Origin: Gekko japonicus
Taxonomy: Eukaryota
NCBI RefSeq assembly: GCF_001447785.1
Contig: NW_015165838.1
Location: forward strand, 160,857-224,856
Reading direction: 5' to 3'
Length of the DNA stretch: 64,000 nt
Notes under the pieces: model-generated
What the model was told of the DNA's origin: nothing
Seen by the model: only the letters and a program-made list of their open reading frames with translations
Databases searched by the model: none
In this document: piece after piece, positions 1-12,559 of the stretch
How the letters are laid out: each line of letters begins with the position of its first letter
How positions within the stretch are numbered: position 1 is the stretch's first letter
Translations under genes and position numbers: made by a program

Positions 1-467
1 TTTATAAGATTATGCATGGGATAGAGCAAGAAGAGAAAGAGGTACTTTTCTCCCTTTCTCACAATATAAGAACTCGTGGGCACTCCATGAAATTGCTGAG
101 CGGTCGGGTTAGAACAGATAAAAGGAAGTACTTCTTCACCCAAAGAGTGATTAACACATGGAATTCACTGCCACAGGAGGTGGTGGCGGCTACAAGCATG
201 GACAGCTTCAAGAGGAAATTAGATAAGCATATGGAGCAGAGGTCCATCGGTGGCTATTGGCCACAAGGTATAGATAGGGACTCCGGGGCAAGTGATGCTC
301 TATATTATTGGTACTTGGGGGGGTCAATAGTGTGAGGGCTCTTAGAGTCCTGGACCCACTGCTGGACCTCCTGATATCACTTGGTATTTTTGGCCACTGT
401 GTGACAGAGTGTTGGACTGGATGGGCCGTTGGCCTGATCCAACATTGGCTTCTCTGATCTTCTTATG
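1..467 (+). mobile_element. CR1 LINE, 3' end (ORF2 C-terminus and 3' UTR)
   Basis: RTRGHSMKL...RKYFFTQRVINTWNSLPQEVV...FKRKLDKHME is the typical CR1 ORF2 end. It is followed by a GTTGGACTGGATGGGCC...GGCCTGATCCAAC terminal hairpin and a CTTATG tail. Confidence 0.92.
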
Positions 468-589
468 AAATACTACCTAGGGAAAGTGACTGTATAGAAA
501 AATTGCTTTCTGCTTTCTATATCCACATGCCTTCTCATGTGATGTCTTTTTGATAACATGCTGTGTCTTGTTTCCTGTTGCAAGCCAAA

Positions 590-1263
590 TGTTGGGGGCC
601 CCATGGCCTCAATACCCATGTCATAAACCCACATTCTTTCACACTTCCATGCCAAAAGCCAGACCTCATGGCACCACTTTCTGGCTCACATGCGAATCAT
701 CACGTAGACGATGAAGCAGCTGGAGTTTGGGTGAGTTTAGGTCACCTGACTGCAGGCAGGGCTCCAAACGTCTAGCCTATCCCCACATGCAGCTATGACA
801 ACCAACAATTGGGCACACCCATGCCCACTTGTAATTGGCTGATGGCCACGCCTAATTGTGACTGGAATTGGGCTATAATTGATCAATCCCTATGGGAATG
901 AGAGCTTGCTCTGGATGCTCTCTTGCTTAGCTCTTCCTTCTTCGTCTTGCTGCCTGTTTTATTGCACCTGGAAATGCTGCCTCATGAGAGACAAAGAGTT
1001 GCTTAGTGAACTGGAGCACATGGGTGCAAGGATGGGATTTCTCCTTAAAATCCCTTGGTATCCGGGACTGTGGATGTCCTGACTTGGTAACTATGAATTA
1101 TTAATGTTAGTTAAGGCAAAGAGCCTTAGCCTTTGTTATTTTGTAATCTCTGGTAGTCTATGCTAATCTCTGTACTGAATAAAAACCCTTCTGATTGTTA
1201 AATGGTTTCTGATGTTGTACCTGAATTCTAAGTCTAAATCTTGTAGCCTAACGCTTCCAATAC
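590..1263 (+). mobile_element. LTR-like element, boundaries approximate
   Basis: Starts TGTTGGGGG, has a TATA-like ctataa near 873 and AATAAA near 1178, and ends CCAATACA. No TSD found. Confidence 0.35.
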
Positions 1264-2532
1264 ATGCTACCTTGGTAAGAGTGTGCATCTCTATATTGAG
1301 TTGCTAATGTGTTTTGTCCCAGATGCCAACTAAGGGTTTGGAATCTCTCCCTTAGGAAAGGCAGGGACTAGAGAAAAGAGGTTCTGGTAGCAAGTTGTTC
1401 TGAAAACCTGAGGGGGATAGACCATCTCGTGGTTTGTTGTTTAATGTACTGAAAAGTACAGGATTCCCTCCCATTCCTGGACTGGCTTGGGTGGGCAAAG
1501 ACCTGTACAGTGACTCATTCTTAATGTTATATATTTGTAAATAATGTAAAATGTTGCAAATGTGTGCTATACAGATTCATGTACCAGGTAACTTGCAGGG
1601 AGGGTCCACATGACAACCTTTTTGCACTGCTCAGGGATCTCTTTGATTTATTATCATATGAGCAAAAATTACGGTTCCATACCACACAATTTAGCATTAC
1701 ATTCCCCTTAAAAAATCTTGCAATGCCTGCTCCTGAGGGCAAGATTGCCTACCAGGCATATGCCTACCCAGAATTAAAGTTCTCACAGCAAAGGTCCTGT
1801 AGTCCCTACACTTTTCTTTTTCATTCTCCCGTTTTTAGCCTAAATACTTAAAAGTATTTAGCATTTAAAAGTATTATGCCCCACCCATAACAGATTATAA
1901 TTAACCATTTGTTTATTTATGAGAAAACCAACCTGCAACTAAGTTTGCTGCAAGGAGAAAAATCAAAGCAGCAGTAGTCCTGGGAAGTCTCAATATTGTT
2001 TTGACTACCCAGAGGCTAGTGCTGAAGTTGTGTTTTAAATTTAAAAAAATCAGATCTGAAAAACAGCCCAGGTAATACTAGAACACAACAGGTGGACAAA
2101 AGTGTCAGCCTAGATTTGACTGCATGCCAGTGTATATGTAGTGATCCATTCACTACCAATGTATAAAAGTAGTGTCTACTCTTAGTGATATTAATGGCTT
2201 TTAGGAACAGATGTTCTATGTACCATTAATTCCTTAGGTTAGCCTTTCTTATGGAATTCTGCACAAGCTCTTTAGCCATCACTTCTAAGTTCATTCCTCT
2301 AAAAGCTTCCTCAATCAATCAGTTAGAATTACATAATGAACACACTCATTTTTGCTGGGAAAGTCAGCAATGATCAAGGTACAAATGAGTACTGAAGCAA
2401 ATAATTAACCTTGAGAGGAAGACTAAAGTGTGTTTTTATTTCTTCTCCAATGCAATATAGATACAGAGCATTTTTAAACTTGAATGATAAAATTGGATAT
2501 AATTGCTTGCTTAGGAAAAAGAGCAAACTTAC

Positions 2533-2589
2533 CTTGACTGCACAATAATCAAAAAATCCAGTTTCTGAGAAGATTGCAACTAAAAGCAT
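2533..2589 (-). CDS. OCA2: OCA2 exon 12 equivalent: MLLVAIFSETGFFDYCAVK
   Basis: 57 nt, ttctatag| and |gtaagt, phase 0/0. Resembles human MILVAIFSETGFFDYCAVK. Confidence 0.97.
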
Positions 2590-2980
2590 CTATAGAAAAT
2601 AAAAACTATTTTGCAATGAAAGCAGCCACTTTAACAAAAAAAAGAGAGTAAATAATGTGCTGTCTTCCTCCCTCTATCCCACCCAACCCCTTCATGCCTA
2701 AATACATTCCAGTTACAAGTTCAATAAAACCGTGTTCCAGTTTTTACGGAATTACCTCTGTAGTGCAATTGCTCACAATCTTCACTAGAAAAAAGATAGC
2801 AAGACGGGCCGAAGATACTACACACAGTGGGGAAAGGTGAGCCTCAAATCCCTTTCAATGTATTCAGTGTAAAAATCCATGCAATGCTAGCAGCATAGAG
2901 TGGTACCAAGGATCCACTCAGATCTGAGGTGTAGATGCAATAATGAGGAGGAGTACATTGAAGAACTGTTGAGCAAGAGC

Positions 2981-3169
2981 TATGGTTGCCAGTCTCTGGG
3001 TGGGGCCTGGAGATCTCCCAGAATTAAAACTGATCCCCAGACTACAGAGATTAGTTTTCCTAGAGAAAATGGCTGCTTTGGAGGGTGGCCTCTATAGCAT
3101 TCCATCCTGCTGAGGTCCCTCCCATCCCCGGATCTTCAGGAATTCCCCTATCTGGTGTTGGCAACCCTA
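2981..3169. mobile_element. hAT (Blackjack-like) MITE
   Basis: Termini TA(T)GGTTGCCA...TGGCAACCCTA. Interior shared with copies at 31726, 32660, 47290 and 48291. Confidence 0.75.
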
Positions 3170-3939
3170 GTAAAAACAGTGTCCTACCACTCCACTAAGC
3201 CCTCCTCCATTTTAAGTGGCTCTTCTACATGAGGTGCCCACTGTAATGCAGAGTTCCAAAAGTATTTGCTGTAGGCAGCACCATCTTGTGCAAGATGATT
3301 ATCCCCAAGATCAATGACATCTCTCTGGTATTTATGCTGCGTATCCTGATCTGTATTATGAAGGCATTTCTCTCAGTAAAACACCCAATGGACCCAGGCC
3401 CTGGAAGCTGCACATTTTGGAACTCAACACAGGATTGCTAGGTTTGGGTTATTCCATACTTCTTTACTACTTATGAGCATTTATTGACATAGCAGTTTAA
3501 TGGTTATGAAGAGACAACTAGTAATCCATAAGTGAGTTTCCTAATTATGTATCCTGAGTCAGGCATGGGAAAACAACATTGGAAGAGGTTTAAAGGTATA
3601 GTCAATACCACTTTAAAAATTATGAAACAACTACTCCTTTTTTGTATCCCAAAAGAAATACAATTCTTAGAAAGTTGTCGGCAGCAACTTTCCGCATATC
3701 AGACTATTTTATGACATATTGAAGGAGACAATAACCCAGACCACCCAAAAGGTATTGGCCATTACAGATGACAACATCTGAAAATGACTTTTTGATATCC
3801 CAGTGATGTACCGTAATAACATAAAGGGAACTAACATTGTTACAGCTCCTCTCAAAAACAGCAAATGTGAACATTACCAGTATATTTTCTAAAAAATAAT
3901 GTGAGAAGGCACAAGATATACATAAAGAGTTTTAATTAC

Positions 3940-4005
3940 CATTCCAAAAAGTAATGCCAGAGTTTCAAAATCAATCCACTCCACTACTTTGACCAGGCTT
4001 GGCTT
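3940..4005 (-). CDS. OCA2: OCA2 exon 11 equivalent: KPSLVKVVEWIDFETLALLFGM
   Basis: 66 nt, ttgcag| and |gtaatt, phase 0/0. Conserved VVEWIDFETLALLFGM. Confidence 0.97.
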
Positions 4006-4531
4006 CTGCAATTAAAGACTGCAATTATCATTTAATCCCAAGGATCTCCTAACTAGTCTTTAGCTTTGAAAATACAAACTCAATTTTTACAAGGAAATTT
4101 CCTTTTTATGAAATTAATTAGTGTTTTTGCAAGGAGACCAAAGGAGGCACTTTTCTATGGACACCATAAAATGCTGACAACTTTAAGGGTTCGTTTATGG
4201 CATACCTACACTAAGCAATTTTTATTCTGTTGTTATTGTTCCACCTTTATAAAAATAGATAGAAATTGGATTACTGGTTTAAGGTGCCTTTCTGCTGATA
4301 CAGTAATACTATACAACTTCTTCCATGGACTGTCTGGAAGGAGTTCATAGAAGAAAAATTTCAAAAGGTTAAGGGACAAAGGATAAAAATTTAAGACGTT
4401 TCAAACAAGTAAGTAGCTTTGACAGAAATCTGTCTTTTTGCTGCATAAAACACTTAATATAAGTTTCAGAACACAATAAATAACAAGGAAGAGAAGGAGC
4501 AAAAAGTACATGACTAGAAGAGCACAGTGAT

Positions 4532-4836
4532 CCAACTTGTCAAATAAGAACCAGCTCTGTTTATCTGGGATGGGTGACTGTAGGCCAGTTTTTGTTCATC
4601 CAGACTCTTGTGTCAAAACGGAAGGGAGGGAAAATTATAAAAAAAAATAAAAGGAAAAAAGGAAAATAAAATGCCAAATAAAGACCAACTTGTCAAATAA
4701 GAACCAGCTCTGTATATCTGCGATGGGTGACTGTAGACCAGTTTTTTTCATCCAGACTCTTGTGTCAAAAAGGAAGGGAGGGAAAATTATAAAAAAAAAT
4801 AAAAGGAAAAAAGGAAAATAAAATGCCAAATAAAGA
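4532..4836 (+). repeat. Tandem duplication, two units of ~153 bp
   Basis: ccaacttgtcaaataagaaccagctctg...aaatgccaaataaaga occurs at 4532-4684 and 4685-4836 with a few substitutions. Confidence 0.95.
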
Positions 4837-4903
4837 AAAAAATCCATTTCTTATTGAGGGAATGGGACCAAGTCGGGATATTTAAGAGTCCAATCAGATG
4901 GCT

Positions 4904-5500
4904 CTTTAGATCCGTGTGAGGCACGATTGCCTCACGGATCTAAAGGTAATGTCCAGACACAAACATCTGGGAAATGTCCCTCTTCCGTGGGCATCCCGTT
5001 TTGCCGCACTTTGAAGCCGTACTTAAAAGATAGCACTTTAAATGTGGGGTTTTCGGTTACCTGCGGGACAACTGAGGACTTTCACCCGTCTGACCTTTCC
5101 ACCAGCGTGCAATCCTCCCGTCGGGGTGGTCTGATGTCAGACCATCCCAAGCGGGCACCATTTTTAAAAAATCTCTTCACATGGGCAGATCAACAAGGAC
5201 ATGCTGTCACGTCTATGTGCATGCGCAAAATGTTTTTTTAAAAAAAAAACACCACGCACCTCCTTCAAGGATGCACTGTGACACCTATACGCATGCACAA
5301 AAAGTTTTTTTTTTTTTTTAAAAAAAAACCCACCACGCATGCCTCCTTCAGTGGACGCCATCTTGACAATCCACAACGGAGGCAGCGCGCGGTAAGGCGA
5401 TTCACCAGGGTGATGTCTGGTCGTGCTATGACGTATTTAAAAGTTTGGGATAAAATTCAAGGTGGCATAATGACGGGATTAACTGCTCGTCTAAGTGCTA
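4904..5500. mobile_element. CpG-rich MITE-like insertion with a terminal hairpin and an internal ~70-bp duplication
   Basis: CpG-rich block in AT-rich intron. Hairpin at 4904-4945 and a repeated unit at about 5205-5350. Family not identified. Confidence 0.4.
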
Positions 5501-5622
5501 AAGTTCAGACCCTATTGTTACTAAAGTTGTTCTATTGCTGCCATTTCCTTGACTGAGTATCAATGCTGAGAACCAACTAAAAAGCTATCAAAACAAAAAG
5601 AATCAAGACTTTTTGTACTTAC

Positions 5623-5694
5623 ATCTCCAATTACAGCCAGTGTAGCTAAGGCAGCCAGGGACCCCAGCATCGCAGCTAAAGTTCTATGAACAAT
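5623..5694 (-). CDS. OCA2: OCA2 exon 10 equivalent: IVHRTLAAMLGSLAALATLAVIGD
   Basis: 72 nt, ttgtag| and |gtaagt, phase 0/0. Near-identical to the human peptide. Confidence 0.97.
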
Positions 5695-6254
5695 CTACAA
5701 CAAAAAACACATGGAGTTCCAAAGTTCAGTTGGACAATCAGCCTTGCCACCTTCCAACCCTTTTCCAATATTACATAAAGATGCTTCTCTGTTAGACTCT
5801 TGAACCTTTGTTAGATCAGAACAGCAGCAAACCAGGCTGCCTGAGGAAAATGGAGGCCTTCAAGGCAAATATTGACAAACACCTACTAGGATGCCTGTAA
5901 TTCTTATAGCTGATGTTTCTTTTTGCTAAAACTGAACTCTCACTTGGCTTGCTTACTGGGCCTGTTAATAGCTTTTAAAATAGTTATTCAACACTCGGGG
6001 GAAGTGTTCTTTAAGATGACAGAAGTCATCTTAAATAAATAATAATGCACAAGAAAAAAATAAAATGATCACATAACTTTAAACAGCAATAGCTGTTTTA
6101 ATGAGCGAAGACAGTAACAGAATACTTAAGACCCAGGAAACTTTGAATTAAAAAGAATTCTTACTTTTCAGACCAATTTAAAGTCTAAACTGCAGAATAG
6201 TGGTGACTGGGTTCCCTAGACTTCCTTGTACTGGACGGCATGATTGTTAATCAG

Positions 6255-6614
6255 CAGGAGTCTTTTCCTAGAAAAAGAGCTGCAGGAGCTCATTAGCATA
6301 TGGTATGCTAATGAGCTACTTGGCTATTAGCATAATAGCTCATTAGCATATGCAACACCCCCTGACATCACTCCCACTGATGTCAGAAGGGGAAGCAAAA
6401 GGGGGGAAGGCATATTCAAAAGCCTCCCCTTCCCTTCCCCAAGCCGGGGGGGGGGGGAAGCGAAGAGAGAAGAGGCTCCAGCGCTGGCCCGGGGAGGCAG
6501 CAGGGGGCCGCAGCGCAGGGAGCTGGGGGTGGGGCCTGCCACCACTGCCATTTGTTCCAGCGCCTGGGCTCCCAGAGCGGTGCTCCAGCACGCTCTGGCC
6601 CCAAAAGACCCCTG
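6255..6614. mobile_element. hAT MITE with 8-bp TSD TTAATCAG
   Basis: Terminal inverted repeats (TIRs) CAGGAGTCTTTT / AAAAGACCCCTG; TSD at 6247-6254 and 6615-6622. Internal CTCATTAGCATA palindromes are shared with the copy at 40051. Confidence 0.88.
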
Positions 6615-7189
6615 TTAATCAGAAAAAAACATAATAAAAGCATTGTTCAGAATGCAAATAGAGAAGAGGACTGCCACTATATTTAGGAGGAGGAAAGGGC
6701 TTGGAAAAGCCAAAATTCTGACTGAGGAAAACCTGAACAAGTATTACATGCTAATACAAAAGCAGTTTCTGATAAAGGACAATTCTAAATGGGGGTTCTT
6801 AGTAGGAAACAAAAGAGGGGGAAATGGGCAATACTGCAGAAGTGTTGGGTAGCTAAAACTGAACACTGAAATGTGAAGTATGAGCTTCTTCAATTCAAAG
6901 GAAGGCTTTTCCACATCTCATTCCCCCCCCCATCTAGCTCTGAATTGCTTAGGTTTATCCCCTGATTTCTCCGTGCATTTTTGTGTCTTGAGGCCACTTT
7001 TACTCTGATCTTTCTGGATGCCAATTCTGAGTTGGCTTTTTCCTTGTGCATAATGTTTCTGTTTTCTTCGTCCGTCCCACTCTCACCCACCTCCAGCCCA
7101 CTTTTTGATAACTGGACAGTCATTGTCAACACACTCTCTCCCTTCCCCCCTTCCCATCCTGAGGATGAGTAGATTTGTTTTCATTTTTT

Positions 7190-7455
7190 TTAAATGAAAA
7201 GCACACTAAAATATTGATATTTTACATAATAACGGTAGGTTTAGCAGGTTCTCTGAATTCTCACCTTTCAGTTTGTTTTTTAAAAAGTAAGTCTCTAGCC
7301 ATTTTCCTAGAGAAGATATGCCCTTTTCTTTATCTCTGTGAGGCAAGCAGATAAAGACTTACTTTTTTAAAACGAAAGTTGAGAATACAGAGAACCTGCT
7401 GAATACATCATTACAATGCTATACTGATGTATCAATATTTTAGTGCCTTTTTAAA
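7190..7455. repeat. Old imperfect palindrome, probably a decayed MITE
   Basis: Left arm cactaaaatattgata...agcaggttctctg...ttaaaaagtaagtct pairs with right arm agacttactttttaa...cagagaacctgct...tatcaatattttagtg. Confidence 0.7.
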
Positions 7456-8984
7456 GAAACGTAGCCATTATATTGATATATCAATATAAACATACACAAA
7501 AAAATAGAAGGGGGGATGCTGTGACACAACTAATGATACCACCGATGACTACAGCACCCTTCCTTGAAAATCATGATTATTTAATGCATATACAGAAAAA
7601 AATAAACTGCCTCCATAACTGAAAATGCAGAGGGAGGGCAGACGTGCCAAAGAACCATGCCCAAACCCATTCCAATGGTTGTGGATCAAGTACCAAGAAA
7701 ATCAGAAGCCAAGTTTGTGGAAAAGCCCAATGACAGGAAAGAGGAGTGACCTGAATTTATCGGTCACACCTACAGGGAAGTGTGTGGTCTGTCCCCATAC
7801 CAGAAGAATCTGCATCTTCCCGCATTAAGGGATATAGTTATTCTCTCCACTGGGCAAATCTTGAAGCAGTGGGGAGAAGTTACACCAGTCCTACTTCCTG
7901 CCTCACAGCTTCTGAAGCTGTATGAAGTTGCTCAATCCTCAAAATAATATTTTCCTTCCAAACATCTCAAAGCACATTCAAAAGGTGAAAGAAATATGTT
8001 AATGTCTTGGAGAGTGTATTAAATTGTTACATTCAGGATCCTGTCTTATTTCTCACAGTGGGAATTTAAAAACAGAACTTCAGTTTGGTTGCAACTCGAT
8101 AACCCTGCTGCAGATGTTCCTGTCATAAAACAAAGATAACACATTTCTTGGAATTTTCATTACTTTGCCACATTTTGTAAATATCTGAGAAGGAGGAAGA
8201 TAAAATGTCTCAATAAATTGTATGGTGTTTAAATGCCCTGGAACTGACTTGCTTACACTATGTCCAGGAGATGGTTTCCACAAATTGAATCATTTTTGAC
8301 CATGAAATATGTAATCTCATTAAACAAAATGCAATTGTGGAAGGTTTAATATAATTGAAAGAACTTACTGTTATCAGTGAATTGCCCTCAAATGAGTTAG
8401 AATGTTTAAAATATTACTCAGAGGAAAGTCAGATTTATTTCTGATCAAAGTATCATTTCACAAAATCTCATTCACTGCTAATTTCATTAGAATGGCACTG
8501 GCTGAACAGAAAGTAATAAAAGCAACCTCTGGGCTCCACTCTGTTTACTGCTATCATATCAGGAAGAAGTCTGAGCAGCATTATGTTAGAACACGGGTCA
8601 TGCCCCAAAAAAATAAGTAAATAAAACAAGCAGTTTCATGTAAAAAGAAGGGTAAGGAAGGAATTGAATTTCATACAGAAAAGGCTGAACTCTTCCCACT
8701 CTCCCCCCCCTCCATCCCCAGAGCCCCCACACTGTCTCACAGCTGTTTTTTACCCTCACATCTCCAATTAAAAGAATCCCAGACCTGGGAACAAGGTTTC
8801 TGTGCCTGAGGCCCTAGAATTATACTGTTGTCAAAGGACACAATATTGGGCTAGGTGGATTAAATATCTGACTTTGTATAGGGAGATGGATGTGAAGGGT
8901 ATGATTGATAAGCCAACTGACAGGCCTCAAGGGGAAGGATATGGCAATTGGAGATCAAGTTGCAATTTATTGCAATACTACTTA

Positions 8985-9200
8985 TTTATTTAGATATTTA
9001 TATCCCAGTATTCTCCCTAATGGGGACTCAAAGGAACTAACATCATTTTCCAATCCTACCTTTAACTCTCACAAAAGGTAGGTTAGGCTGAAAGAGAGTG
9101 ACAGGCTCAATAAGGTCATCCAGCAAGCTTCCATGTCAAAGTGGGGACTCAAACCTGTGTCTCCCAGATCCAATACTCTAATCAGTATACCATGCTGGTG
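8985..9200 (-). mobile_element. Degenerate tRNA-derived SINE (MIR/Ther1/Squam3-like)
   Basis: Diverged match to the SINE copies at 20440 and 37308. Confidence 0.6.
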
Positions 9201-10989
9201 TAACCTAAGAAGCACTATTTCTAACAGACTGAACAGAATAGGGTTGCCAGCTTATGGCTGGTAACTGGTGGGAGAAAGTAATCACACCAATGCCATGACA
9301 TCATTTCCAGCAGGACCTCAAAGTGATGTCATTGCTCCAGGAGATGCTCTAGCATTTGTCTAAAATTCTATGGTTTAACCATAGATCTTGGGGTGATTAC
9401 TAAAGTGTCATCTGATATAATGACATCACTTCCTTGTCATGCCAGAAGTAAAGTCATAACGTTGATATTATGCTGCTCCCCTCCCCTCTTTTCCCCAACA
9501 TTTTCTCCAGCTGAGTCGTGGTAGGTAAAACAGCAGATGTTAGAAGAGCAGGAGACCCAGTCTCATTGGAACAGTGATTAGCTGGGCACAAAAGTTCTAT
9601 GTAAACAGCTTTGCCATCTAGTATGGCTCTCCATTAAAAGAAACCCTACAAATCAAAAGGTATATTAAAAAATAAATGCTGTTTCAGAAAGCTACCCTAT
9701 TGATCCCTTATGTGTAATGCAGGGTTGATGGTTAATATAAAAGTGGGCCTATTCTAAAACATCTTTTCAAAACATCATTTGAAAGAATGCCACACCTGCA
9801 GAAGATGACAGTGATCTGACCTATAGAATAAACCTTCTTTTGTTTCACAACATCTAAAAGTGAACAACTGGTGTAAGCCTTCACAACAGCAGCAACACAA
9901 TCTTGAAAGCCCTCACAGTCAAAGTTCGTTTTTCAGAGTAGCTTTGCAGCATTTTTATTACAATTTCGGTACAAAAAAAATTATTAAGTCTTGTTCACAA
10001 AGTAAAGGCATTATATATTTTCAATAGTATTTAAAAAAAAAACAGTTTCATTGCATTTTCTTCAAACTACATTAAATGATATTTCACTAAAACAACCAGT
10101 GCAAACTTTTCATAAAAGATTTCAGAAGAGAACTGCAAAATGACTTCAATGGATTGCAATTATAAATGGTGACTGGGACCCAAAAGGCTTATCTATAGCA
10201 ATTGTGCATTTCCACAAAACTATTTATTTTTATTTACGTCAGTTTTTATACTGCTTCTTTTAAAGATCTCAAAGCAATTTACAACAATGTATGATTTCAT
10301 CAATCAAAACATGTAGAAAAACAGCATAGTAACTGGTTTTTCCTTCTGGCTATCAACATTGCAGCTATCAACATTGCCTTGGGGGGTGTTATGGAAATCC
10401 CCAAATCAGAGAAATAGATTTTGGGGCCGTGCAAGGGGCTGTACTGGGTAGGGGAGCCATGGAAGCATCAACGTACATGCAGAAGCTCACACTTTTGAAT
10501 TATTGTCCCCACTCAAGACACAGAGGTTGGAATAACTATGGGCATGACTTTAATATATGCATCTCCACTGCAGCAGCCAAACAATTAATCCTTCAAGCTG
10601 CCAGTAGAAATATCCTTTCTAACAAAGTTGGAAACGTTCTCCAGCTATTCATTTTGCTCAGGCAACATCTCCAGTCTCCAAGCCTCAGTTCAGTACTCAG
10701 ACTGCTCTCAGCTCTTACACTGTATGGAAAGAGCTCTGTCATCATAAATCAATACACCTCAGTGTTAAGCCAGGGTAACAACAAACTTCTAGAGCCCTAG
10801 AGATGGCTCCCAACCCCAGTTCCCATGAGCCAGTAAGCTACAAAAGCCCCCTTCACAACATCGATATCTCAGGGTTCTTACCAGATGTTCCCTATTTTTG
10901 TTGGCCTTACACTTTCACCAAACCAGCCATTGCTGCTAACTACAAAATAGCACAGCCCTCTTACAGGTCTGATAAAGTTATACAGCATC

Positions 10990-11166
10990 CCTTAGTGGAG
11001 GGACATTGGGTCTGCTTTGTAAGCAGAAGAATCCAAGTTCAATCCTTGACATATCCCATTATCAAGCACAGCCAGGTGATGTGAAACATCACTACTTGAC
11101 ACTTCTGAGTACTGACTGTTGCAGACTAATAGAATGACTTCATGTAAGGCAGCATTGTGTGTTCAT
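10990..11166 (+). mobile_element. Degenerate tRNA-derived SINE, same family as 38623-38816
   Basis: Ends taaggcagcattgtgtgttcat and has a B-box-like aagttcaatcc. Confidence 0.55.
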
Positions 11167-12559
11167 GGAGACATGAACCCCGTCATTCCTAAAGAGATTG
11201 TTATAAGGAGAGGGCATAAACAAACAGTTGTGCTCTTAACAAAGGCTTTATTGAACTGCCAGAGAGGCTGGACACTGTTCCCTTAGAACCCTTCCCCTAG
11301 CAACAGTAACTGCTTACAGAGTCCCATTTATCATGATATACAGGTGAGGCATGGAATCCCTGAAGCTCTGGAAGGGGATAAAAACAGTTTTCTGTAGCTC
11401 CCTATTACATTTTGCCTTGTCCTTTCCATACTTTTAGGGTCCTCTGCCCCACTGCAACCACAGCAGTATAACAACTTGGTTTATAAAACTGTGATCCCTG
11501 GAACAGTAGAATCCTGTCTTTCCTATCATTCCCTGCCCCCTCCTCAAAAAAACCCTTATGTGATTAAAAACCCTGGTGTACAGGGCTTGCTTCCCGGTGT
11601 TCAGCTGACTCAACAGCTAACCTACACATACTCTGAAACAATTGGCTGGGCAGATATGGATGATTAAGATGCCCTGCCTCTGTCTTTACCCTTCTAAGGG
11701 ATAGAAGCAATCATAACTACCTCTCATGATGCCCCAAAATTTTATTTACTCTCTCAGAATTTATCTGGACTTGTGCCACCTGGGCATCAGTCTCCTCTGG
11801 TTCTCTTTTTATTGATCAGGTTAGAAGAAGCCTCACCCCTATGAAAACCCAGAGACTCATCATTTCCCCAAGATCTTCTGAGTGAGAGCAAGAAAATACA
11901 GCTGACATTTGTTGTAGGGTTGGATTCAGAATATATATAAAGCTCTTTGGTAGGCTCTGATAGGTTTTCAGGAATGATTCTTGTAAAATTCATAGATCAA
12001 AGGTAAGACGTGCCTTGTAAAAAAATTGATCAACAATCCAAATTGATAGTGGTCCCCACACATAAAGTAATGCCTTACAGAAAAAAATTAGAGCATCCTT
12101 TTTATCTTTAATGTGTTTTCTGATGCTTCTGGATAAGTGATGCATTGGATCAAACAACTTTTGTCCATCCATCTTTCTTTCTAACAATGATAAAGAGCCA
12201 CTGAAAAATTGTCTCTCAGTGACTTTGATGTAGTGTTTCAAATGCACGTAAAGCCATATCTTATCAGTTTTATTCTCAAGAATTTGTTCTCAGGACATTG
12301 CATTTTTCCAGCAAGCAATTCATTTCTAATTGATAAGAACTGCAATTCTCCAGTATTAGAGATTTACCATGAGAATGCCTGGCTTTCTACAGTCACTATT
12401 AAACACTAAAGTATGTTTCATTTTAAGCAGTCAATTATTTTTTTAGCTAGGCAGAAAAGTACATAAGTGTTAAGCTTAACATTATCCTGTAACAGTTATG
12501 ATAGTAACCTGGAAGTTCTGCAAGAGAAGTTGCACACTCAATTCTCTAGTCCCTCCCCA

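Noticed and set aside
11199-11730. Additional solo LTR candidate (similar case at about 21228-21693)
   Set aside because: TG start and promoter- or poly(A)-like motifs are present, but I found no matching end or TSD.
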